NCBI GenBank assembly: GCA_022484565.1
Contig: JAKVKZ010000004.1
Coordinates: 18,021-82,020 of the forward strand
Source: Muribaculaceae bacterium
Lineage (GTDB): Bacteria > Bacteroidota > Bacteroidia > Bacteroidales > Muribaculaceae
Direction: 5' to 3'
Length of the DNA stretch: 64,000 nt
Within the stretch, counting starts at the first letter, position 1. The number at the start of each line of letters is the position of its first letter. The notes under the pieces were generated by a model. The model was not told the DNA's origin. It was given only the letters and a program-made list of their open reading frames with translations, and searched no databases. Positions 56,479 to 64,000 of the stretch are shown here, piece after piece. Both the position numbers and the translations under genes were made by a program.

Positions 56479-57476
56479 TTAAAAAGAAATTGATTTCCGT
56501 ATAGTTACCAGTGCATTTACCAAATCATCCAACTGACTAAGCTCATGGGTTGCTAAGACACTAACCCGCAACCGAGCCTCTTTGGTTCTTACAGCAGGAT
56601 AAGTAATTCCGCTTACAAATATACTCATTTTTTGCAATTCACGAGAAATCTCATATACTTTTTTATTATCTCTTACCCTTATTGGGAATATAGCGGATTC
56701 AGAAGGCCCTATATCAAATCCTTCTTTTGTAAGTCTTCTGCGCAGATAGGTTATATTCTCTCATAGCTTCTTTCTTATTTCTGGACGAGTATTGATTAAC
56801 TCCAATGCTTTAAGGGCTGAGTCTGCTACCTGAGGTGTCATCGCAGCAGAAAATACATTACTGTCAGCATAGTATCTGAGATATTGTATGAGCTTGGTCG
56901 AAGCTGCGACAAAACCACCCACACAGCCAAAAGACTTGCTGAAAGTTCCTGTGATGATATCAACCTTTCCTAAACAATCGTAATATTCCGCCGTTCCTTT
57001 TCCAGTATCTCCCATAACGCCAATGCCGTGAGCATCATCCATCATAAGTAGGCAATTATGCTTTTTACATACCCTTATATAATCAGGAAGAAGGGATAAA
57101 TCGCCGTTTTGTGAATAAACACCGTCTATAATGACTATACGTGTTTGATACTGACCTTTATCACGCTCCAGTATCACATCAAGGTACTCTATATCATTAT
57201 GACCTATATGCTTTGTATTTGTTCCTATTAACCCACTCGTAGCACTGGTATGGATATATGAATCTATATAGGCCATATCATTTTTACCTAATATTGCACG
57301 TAAGAAACCATCATCTCCATTTTGGCTCCAACACCTGTCTTTGACATAACTCAATATCTCTTACAGACGAAGGTCTTCATCTGGTCAATATACGCTTGGA
57401 AATTTTGGCTTCTTTCAATGATATTCTCTTTATGAGATAGCTCAAAGTCTTTTAAATCAATAATTGTTTTGTTCAT
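56479..57476 (-). pseudogene. Decayed alpha-oxoamine synthase (AONS / serine-palmitoyltransferase family) gene
   Basis: PLP-enzyme motifs DDAHGIGVMGDTGKGT and TGTFSKSFGCVGGF occur in ORF 56761-57354. The same frame continues after an in-frame TGA (56761-56763) as ENITYLRRRL...YPAVRTKEARLRVSVLATH. The stop replaces the conserved Trp of the family's LWEN motif. The N-terminal 41 codons (from ATG 57476) are in another frame and ~70-90 aa of the family core are missing. Confidence 0.7.
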
Positions 57477-57582
57477 ATAAACAATGTATATATAGTTAAT
57501 ATCACTGCAAATATACTAATAATACCAACAAGATACAAATTTTAAAAAAACAGAAAATCTTTATATTAAACAATAATGTTTG

Positions 57583-57590
57583 TATATTTG
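57583..57590 (+). promoter_or_regulatory. Candidate -7 promoter box (TATATTTG) for the OMP/peptide operon
   Basis: Matches TAnnTTTG in the AT-rich divergent intergenic region, 76 bp upstream of ATG 57666. Confidence 0.4.
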
Positions 57591-57665
57591 TGGAGTGATT
57601 ATAAAAAGAATATCATTTATAGATAAATTTTGAGTTAGAAACATACCCCTTATAAACATACCATT

Positions 57666-60281
57666 ATGAAGTTTACAACATTATATTTACTGATATTTCT
57701 CCTCTGTTCTTATTCTGAGGCACAAGGACAAACTAAGACTACTCTAATAACTGGAGTGGTTAAAACGGAATTGGGAGAATTTGTGCCATATACCACAATT
57801 TTTATCTCCAAAGTTAAGCAAAAAAATTGCGTTCTTGCTTCTGGGCAATCTGATTCAAAAGGCGAATTTCACATTGCACTATCTGTACCAAACGATAGTA
57901 TTGCACTGCACATTACACATATTAGCTTTGAGCCTGTAACAATTTTGTGCAAGAATATATCACAAAAAATTGACGTGATTGTTCAAGAACGTGCTAATCA
58001 ATTGAAAGATGTTGTAGTAAAGTTCCCAAAAGTGTATGCAAATGGAGACACTGTCAATTATCGTGTTTCTGCATTCCAACAGGCAAATGATTTATCAATT
58101 GGTCAAGTTCTTCAACGGCTACCTGGCATAACAGTGTCTGACATCGGTCAAATCTCTTATAAAGGAGTGCCTATCAAGAACTTCTACATCGAGGGGTTGG
58201 ATTTAATGAAAGGTAGATATGGAATTGCAACCAACAATATAGACCCTAATAGCATCAGTACAGTACAAGTGCTGGAAAATAACCAAGATATTAAGGCGCT
58301 TAAAGACTTAAAACCTGAAGAACGGGCTTCCATCAACTTAAAACTCAAAAGTGGGGTAAAAGAAATTTTCAATCTTATTGCTACGTTAGGTGTAGGATCT
58401 GATAAAAAGGCGCTATGGGATAATGAGTTAATCGCCACTTATTTTAAGCGCAACAGTCAATTGTTGGCTACCTATAAGGGAAATAATTCAGGAAATGATT
58501 TGGAAATAGAATTGAGATCATTTGACGAAGGTGGCACAAGGTATAAGACAACAGCTTTAACAGAAATGACAATGCCTAGTACTCCTGGCATCGGAAAACG
58601 TTATTATTATTTTAATCAATCACATACAGCTACTTTCAATCATGTAAGTAGGATCGGTTCAAATGGCGAATTGGGATTGAATATTGCTTTTTTGAAAGAT
58701 AAAGATGAGAGAACTCTTCAGGCAACCACAACCACCTATTTAGCCAATGGGAAACGAAATATTATAAATGAAAGCATTGATGGATTACTATACAAACGTG
58801 TTGGCTATGGTACCATAACCTATATGCTCAACAGTAATCATTATTATGTAAAAGAACAACTAAAATCAGAGTTGACTTCGACAAATGGTCATAGTGATGT
58901 TCAAATAGGAAATAAAGTTACTCAATTTAGTAAAATGAATAGTTATGCGGTTCAAAACACGCTTCATTTTACCTATCGTACAAGTAATAATCACGGAATA
59001 GATTTTTTCTCAAAAGTGAATTTTGAAAAAAGACCACATCAGTTGTCCGTTTCATCAAATTTCTTTCCAAAGATATTATCAGATGATGACATGCTCCAGC
59101 AAGTGAACCGTTCTAATATTTCAACCGAAAACAAATTAGATTTATTATCAGCTTTAGTTTTAGGGCGTTTGACAGTAGACCCATTCGCCCTATTTAATCT
59201 TTCTGTTGACAAATTAAGCAGCTCACTGCAACAATATCAGAACGACATTTCATTGAAAACGACAAATGTTGGTATGGGGCTTACTGCTAATTATAAATTA
59301 GGGAAAACCTATTTTGATTTTTTACTGTCTGGAATATACCGTTTATATAGTTTAAGAGACCAGCAGATTGGTCTGTCATCTCTAAAGCAAAAAATTGTGA
59401 CAGAGCCAAGTCTTTCTATCAAGTATGCAATCAATGGTTTTCATGAACTAAAGTTCGGATTTGGTATGGGTTATGCCAATCCTTCTATTGAAACACTTTA
59501 TGGAAATTATATTTTGACCAATTATAGACAACTCTCAATTTATGAAAGTAACGAACTATTTTATGCTCAAATTAATAGGACAAACCTTACATATAACTAT
59601 AAGAACATTGTTTCTATGTGGTTTGCAGGGGTTGATTTGACATGGGTTAACTATCATCCAGATGTATTATATGGCACAACTTATGATGGTGTATCAGAAA
59701 AAATAACAAGTAGATCAACAGACGAAGTCTCAAACTCGTATTCGGCCATTTTGCGAAGCAGTAAGGGGTTCGACTGGAAAAAAACAAAAATAAGTGTTGA
59801 TGCGAAATACACGCACTTTGATAGTCCATTGCTTCAGCAAGAACAGATCTTGAGATATTCTGGAAATTCATACTCCACGAATCTTTCTCTTAACAGTAGT
59901 CCGTTTAACTGGATGTCAGTAGCTTATTCAAGTGGACTTTACGTTTCTAAGTCAAAAATGCAATTTGGAGGGTCTACACCCACCATTAAAACCCTAAGAA
60001 ATAATTTTACTATGAATTTATATTTACCTAAAGGTATAGATCTCAGAATGAAAGCCGTTCACTTTTACAACAATCTGAACAATAAGGATAAATCTTTCTT
60101 TCTTGGCGATATAGATATAAATTACAGTATTAAACGTTGGTATTTTTCATTGGCTTTCGATAACATCTTCAATCGCAAAATGTATGTAAACTCAACATCG
60201 TCTGATTTGCGTGAAAATATGATTTTTTACCACATTCGTCCACGCACATTCATATTTCGTGTAAGATATAGAATACTATAA
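57666..60281 (+). CDS. Outer-membrane beta-barrel protein with a carboxypeptidase-regulatory-like domain and a TonB-receptor plug
   Basis: Signal peptide. The N-terminus is LITGVVKTELGEFVPYTTIFIS, the plug is GQVLQRLPGITVSDIGQISYKGVPIKNFYIEGLDLM...VQVLEN, and a long Y/N/S-rich beta-barrel ends ..IFRVRYRIL. Confidence 0.75.
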   Translation: MKFTTLYLLIFLLCSYSEAQGQTKTTLITGVVKTELGEFVPYTTIFISKVKQKNCVLASGQSDSKGEFHIALSVPNDSIALHITHISFEPVTILCKNISQKIDVIVQERANQLKDVVVKFPKVYANGDTVNYRVSAFQQANDLSIGQVLQRLPGITVSDIGQISYKGVPIKNFYIEGLDLMKGRYGIATNNIDPNSISTVQVLENNQDIKALKDLKPEERASINLKLKSGVKEIFNLIATLGVGSDKKALWDNELIATYFKRNSQLLATYKGNNSGNDLEIELRSFDEGGTRYKTTALTEMTMPSTPGIGKRYYYFNQSHTATFNHVSRIGSNGELGLNIAFLKDKDERTLQATTTTYLANGKRNIINESIDGLLYKRVGYGTITYMLNSNHYYVKEQLKSELTSTNGHSDVQIGNKVTQFSKMNSYAVQNTLHFTYRTSNNHGIDFFSKVNFEKRPHQLSVSSNFFPKILSDDDMLQQVNRSNISTENKLDLLSALVLGRLTVDPFALFNLSVDKLSSSLQQYQNDISLKTTNVGMGLTANYKLGKTYFDFLLSGIYRLYSLRDQQIGLSSLKQKIVTEPSLSIKYAINGFHELKFGFGMGYANPSIETLYGNYILTNYRQLSIYESNELFYAQINRTNLTYNYKNIVSMWFAGVDLTWVNYHPDVLYGTTYDGVSEKITSRSTDEVSNSYSAILRSSKGFDWKKTKISVDAKYTHFDSPLLQQEQILRYSGNSYSTNLSLNSSPFNWMSVAYSSGLYVSKSKMQFGGSTPTIKTLRNNFTMNLYLPKGIDLRMKAVHFYNNLNNKDKSFFLGDIDINYSIKRWYFSLAFDNIFNRKMYVNSTSSDLRENMIFYHIRPRTFIFRVRYRIL

Positions 60282-60337
60282 AAATACACTTCGGTGTACA
60301 TAGTTCATATATTATTAACATTTTAAATTCTTAAACA

Positions 60338-60586
60338 ATGGATGCAACAAAATTCCAATCTTTAGCACAAAGTGCTATGAATGAGAGGGAGATGAGATCC
60401 CTTTCTGGAGGCAATGTCTGTGGATGCGCAAGCAATTCCACTATGGACAATGGTTCTGCAAACCACGCCGGAAACCTCAACTCGAAGGGAGCTACTATGT
60501 CAGAAATGACATACTTCATGGACGAGGTTGTTGTGACTGCTTCGCATGCAGTTGCAACAGAGACTAATTTTGAGATTTGTGAATAA
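60338..60586 (+). CDS. Small secreted-peptide precursor with a double-glycine-type leader
   Basis: The 82-aa ORF begins MDATKFQSLAQSAMNEREMRSLSGG, followed by a 57-aa core (NVCGCASNST...NFEICE). The leader fits the L-x4-E-[LM]-x2-[IL]-x-GG pattern. A C39-peptidase gene fragment lies 2 kb downstream. Confidence 0.55.
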   Translation: MDATKFQSLAQSAMNEREMRSLSGGNVCGCASNSTMDNGSANHAGNLNSKGATMSEMTYFMDEVVVTASHAVATETNFEICE

Positions 60587-60618
60587 TCAACAAATTAATA
60601 CCCTTAACTAAAAACAAA

Positions 60619-61455
60619 ATGAAAAAAGTATTATTATTAATAATTTGCCTTATATCCAAGTTTGTCTATGCACAGTTCCCACCTGCACCACAAATATTGG
60701 ATAAGAAACATTGTGTAGACACTGCATATATAGAACTCCTATATTCATTTAAATTTAAGAACCTTGCAGGACAAAAAGATTTTACAGAGGACATAAGAAA
60801 AATACAGGTTGGAAATCATATTGTAAAGGACTTTAGTCACATTGTATTCCATTATGACTCACTTGCAACAGAGCGTACTAAAAAGGGTCTACAAACACAA
60901 AACATTCCCACACAAACATATCCTTGTGAATTATACAGTGATGTGGAAAATCATTTGCGAGAAGAGAAATATCGCCTGATGTTAAATGCAGGTGTACTTT
61001 GCTATGATTCCCATTGGATAACACCCGAATGGCAGTTTATACCTGATGATACAATACGTTTATCTGGCTATCTGTGTAATAAAGCACAAATTAATTATGC
61101 AGGAAGAAACTACACAGCATGGTATACATTGGATATCCCTATTTCCTATGGGCCATTCAAATTTTGGGGTCTACCGGGGTTAATTATTAAAATTGAAGAG
61201 GAGAGTGGCTTGTTCATATGGGAGCTATATAAGATGAATAAGGTTCATTCACCCATTTATAAATACAAATACGACAGGGAGCAAACTTGTACAGAAAGCA
61301 CAGCAAAACGCACAATTGATAGGATGATGTCTTCACCTATGTCATTTTTGCAGTCCGTCGGAACAAGAATGATGGTAAGGCGCAGTGATGGGAGTTTTGG
61401 TGCGCCATCACAGAATAACCAACTGGAAGTGTATCAACCCATAGAATTAAAATAA
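60619..61455 (+). CDS. GLPGLI-family protein
   Basis: Signal peptide MKKVLLLIICLISKFVYAQ. The eponymous motif is FWGLPGLIIKIEE. 278 aa. Confidence 0.8.
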   Translation: MKKVLLLIICLISKFVYAQFPPAPQILDKKHCVDTAYIELLYSFKFKNLAGQKDFTEDIRKIQVGNHIVKDFSHIVFHYDSLATERTKKGLQTQNIPTQTYPCELYSDVENHLREEKYRLMLNAGVLCYDSHWITPEWQFIPDDTIRLSGYLCNKAQINYAGRNYTAWYTLDIPISYGPFKFWGLPGLIIKIEEESGLFIWELYKMNKVHSPIYKYKYDREQTCTESTAKRTIDRMMSSPMSFLQSVGTRMMVRRSDGSFGAPSQNNQLEVYQPIELK

Positions 61456-61538
61456 AATGATAGAATCAAGGACTGCCCATTACGATACATTTGTCCTCCC
61501 ATTTCTTCTTATGAAATTTCATCTAATAATACTCAAAT

Positions 61539-62597
61539 ATGTGGTTAAACTATAAAAAGATACGATTATACAGTTTGGTATTTATCGTTATGCTGTTTTG
61601 TGCAAACACAAGAGAGATAGCTGCAACAGTTCCTCAAACAATTACATGGTCATTACTCAAAGAGGATTCTCTTCTTCATATAAAAAACATTCAAGAGATA
61701 AAACTCTTACATGATGAATTGTATATAACCTATGAATTTCCTGGAGGATATGGCGATCAGTTATTAAAAAGTTATAGTATAAATTGGAATACTCACACGA
61801 TGCACTTTACAAAAGAGTATTACAAGCGTAAAAATGGTACGCATGTGTTTAGTGTTCCAATAACATTTTGGGATGAATATGGAAATATATTTGTCACAGA
61901 ACGTAGCAATCCATATATCTACGAGTTAAGAAAAGACACCCTGCATAGAAACGGTGAAGCCATAATCTCTTCAATGTCAGAGTGCCCATATGAGTTAGTT
62001 CTTGAAGTCAAATACCCTTTCATTTTATCTAAAGGTAAATATTTCTTTGTAGGACGACAAGAAAAGAATGGGCATCAAGCTATTTTTAGTTCAACCACCC
62101 ATGATAATAAGCAGAAGATAGAAGAACTTTCTAAAATTATATATGATAAAAGATACCCATCATGGCTTGTAAATCATGGAATGTTTATCTATTGCCCATC
62201 AAAACAAAAGGGCGCATTTGCATATCAGCTATTCCCTGCTGTAGAATTCTTTAATTTCAGCGATGGCACTACCAAACTATTCAAGAAAGGATTGAACACT
62301 TTTAATTCTAAGACAATTAATGAAGGCGATATATGGGAGTCAAATCCTATTCATTTTAAGTATATTACTTCAAATAAAAAATATGTATATTGTCTTTATT
62401 GGGGGCTTACTACACAACGTGCGTTGCAAAAATACAAGCAGCATACATTTCGAGCAGAAATTGTGATTCTAAATTGGGATGGGGAAATATATAAGACCTT
62501 AAAAACCACACGTAAGATAACTGCTATGGCTGTTAGTGAGGACGGAAAATATCTCATAGGATTTGATGGTAAGAACTTCCTAATTGCAACAATTTAG
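61539..62597 (+). CDS. Hypothetical protein, possibly a TolB-like/6-bladed beta-propeller family member
   Basis: 352 aa with an N-terminal hydrophobic anchor. It has repeated beta-rich segments, and its ending ..AMAVSEDGKYLIGFDGKNFLIATI resembles Bacteroidales 6-bladed propeller proteins. The assignment is weak. Confidence 0.35.
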   Translation: MWLNYKKIRLYSLVFIVMLFCANTREIAATVPQTITWSLLKEDSLLHIKNIQEIKLLHDELYITYEFPGGYGDQLLKSYSINWNTHTMHFTKEYYKRKNGTHVFSVPITFWDEYGNIFVTERSNPYIYELRKDTLHRNGEAIISSMSECPYELVLEVKYPFILSKGKYFFVGRQEKNGHQAIFSSTTHDNKQKIEELSKIIYDKRYPSWLVNHGMFIYCPSKQKGAFAYQLFPAVEFFNFSDGTTKLFKKGLNTFNSKTINEGDIWESNPIHFKYITSNKKYVYCLYWGLTTQRALQKYKQHTFRAEIVILNWDGEIYKTLKTTRKITAMAVSEDGKYLIGFDGKNFLIATI

Positions 62598-62600
62598 ATA

Positions 62601-62707
62601 ATGCTTAGATTTCCAAATTGTACACAATATGATAGTATGGACTGTGGTCCATCATGCCTACGTTTGATATCATTATCCTACGGAAGAGATATTTCTTTAG
62701 TATATAT
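62601..62707 (+). pseudogene. N-terminal stub of a C39-peptidase-domain bacteriocin ABC exporter, truncated by IS insertion
   Basis: Below the ORF track's size cutoff, so absent from it. ATG 62601 reads MLRFPNCTQYDSMDCGPSCLRLISLSYGRDISLVYI, the canonical Q..DCG..CL....YG C39 active-site N-terminus. The frame runs into the IS inverted repeat at 62707 and stops. Confidence 0.7.
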
Positions 62708-63518
62708 AGGGTTTGCTGAATAATATCATTTATTTGATTAATAGTAAATTAATTGCATAAAAAGTTGCCAGATTCGATAAAAAGCAGTACCTTTATGTGT
62801 TAATTTGAAGTAAATGAAATAAAGTTCACAGCATAAACAGATAGTACTTGACCCGTGCTGGACAAGCCTCGAGGGTTTGCCCAAAGAAAACTGGTGGGCG
62901 AAACTCGGTGATTCCCTTCCATGGGACAAGATTGAGCGGATTTACAATAATCGCCTCAACAACAGGCATTGTGGAGCCGGCAACAAGTCGGCACGCATCA
63001 TCATAGGAGCACTGTTGATAAAGCACAAGATGAATCAGTCCGACCGCGAAACGATTCAGGCCATCAGTGAGAATCCTTATATGCAGTACATGCTCGGCCT
63101 TGAGGCGTTTACCGCACGCCCTGTTTTTGATCCGTCTTTGTTCGTGACCGTCCGCAAACGCCTTGGCGAGGACACGTTCAACGACATGAGCGAGTCCCTG
63201 CTAAAACTGGAGGTCAGGCTGTCGGAAGAAGGGGGAAAGAAACGAGATTGAGGCGACTTTTGGCACAGGCAAGAGAGCTTATAAGGCAAACGACATCAGG
63301 GCGAAATTGCCTGACACGGGAAAATCATGGACTGCAGCCTGTTATTTTGCGAAAAATGTGATGAAGTTCTTACGAGGGCTTCTTCATGCCTTGTTTGAAA
63401 TGTCCGATTCCTACTTGAAACGCTTCTCCAGCCTGCTAATCTTTGAAACTCGAAGTCTGCCGATGGACAAATATCGGATTCTGACAACTAACGGATATCG
63501 ATAATTCAGCAAACCCTA
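62707..63518 (+). mobile_element. Internally deleted (non-autonomous) copy of the same IS5/IS1182-type element, with both ends intact
   Basis: Perfect 15-bp terminal inverted repeats: tagggtttgctgaat (62707-62721) and attcagcaaacccta (63504-63518). The N-terminal transposase fragment ..ENWWAKLGDSLPWDKIERIYN...SENPYMQYMLGLEAFTARPVFDPSLF.. is a DUF772-type domain. It is joined at ~63231 directly to the last ~290 bp of the element. Confidence 0.8.
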
Positions 63519-63687
63519 AATGAGTTTTTTCCGTTTTTCATGTACCCCACTTTCTATGCTGCATTAACTTAGCGTGAAAAACTGGAACATGAAAGCCCAA
63601 ACTACTATCACAAATCACCATGCAGCCGAGCCTCAAAAATGTTTGGCAGAATTCCTTTTGATGGTAATAAATATCCTCATCAAAATC

Positions 63688-64000
63688 ATGGGGGCAACCC
63701 CGCAGAAAAATAAATTGGACACCCTCGCCAAGCATCATATATCAACAAGTTGCAATCACTTTACCCCGTCCAAACCCCTCCCGAAATTCTATAAGGTTTT
63801 CGTCCCATTTTTTACGCTCTTAACCTTGCCGAATTCCAATTTGCGAACCGCACCATTTTCTTCACCTCTCAGCATGGGGGCAACCACGCAGAAAAATAAA
63901 TTGGACACCCTCGCCAAGCATCATATATCAACAAGTTGCAATCACTTTACCCCGTCCAAGCCCCTCCCGAAATTCTATAAGGTTTTCGTCCCATTTTTTA
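63688..64000. repeat. Tandem repeat, period 186 bp (1.7 copies visible, runs off the right edge)
   Basis: atgggggcaacc occurs at 63688 and 63874. The 127 bp visible in both copies differ at 2 positions. The array shares a ~100-bp module, in opposite orientation, with the 6.0-6.8 kb array. Confidence 0.9.

Noticed and set aside
56761-56763. In-frame TGA at a conserved Trp position as possible TGA=Trp recoding.
   Set aside because: Many clearly complete genes in the window end in TGA (for example fic and the GYF/CD225 gene). The same gene also carries a frame-breaking deletion, so a simple nonsense mutation in a decaying gene is the parsimonious reading.
63568-64000. Open reading frame running through both 186-bp repeat units to the window edge (..MGATPQKNKLDTLAKHHISTSCNHFTPSKPLPKFYKVFVPFF.. 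repeated).
   Set aside because: The unit length is a multiple of 3, so one open unit automatically gives a long ORF. The homologous module in the 6-kb array has indels that shift frame, and a stop in the equivalent frame. The composition is not protein-like. It is kept as a repeat, not a CDS, although coding cannot be fully excluded.

Overview
The gene content suggests a chromosomal segment from a Bacteroidales bacterium: SusC/SusD pairs, TAnnTTTG -7 promoter boxes and type-9-secretion (T9SS) C-terminal sorting domains. The sorting domains point to a T9SS-bearing lineage such as Prevotellaceae or Muribaculaceae, but that is inference only. Most of the window is housekeeping: ppiD, xerD, vsr, yfhO, ispG, purE, rpoN, hpt, adk, trmB, mrp, and an N-acyl-glycine-lipid gene pair. 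Four regions stand out. (1) 19.1-37.0 kb is a SusR-regulated dextran-type polysaccharide utilisation locus (SusC/SusD/SusE-like, GH66, GH31). It is extended by three T9SS-sorted proteins built from shuffled SusE/F-like binding modules, one of which is a second GH66. (2) 8.4-9.9 kb is an AT-rich Fic (AMPylase) gene bracketed by perfect 41-bp direct repeats with iteron-like substructure. (3) 54.2-63.5 kb is an AT-rich accessory island bracketed by two defective, same-orientation IS copies. It carries a TetR gene, a decayed alpha-oxoamine-synthase gene and an operon of plug/beta-barrel OMP, double-glycine-leader peptide, GLPGLI protein, propeller-like protein and a C39-peptidase exporter cut off by the IS. 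I consider this the best candidate for an undescribed peptide system. (4) Two related but oppositely oriented tandem repeat arrays lie at 6.0-6.8 kb (period ~307 bp) and 63.7-64.0 kb (period 186 bp). All calls come from reading the sequence and ORF translations. No database search was run, so family names rest on recognised motifs, and start codons and repeat or IS boundaries are approximate.
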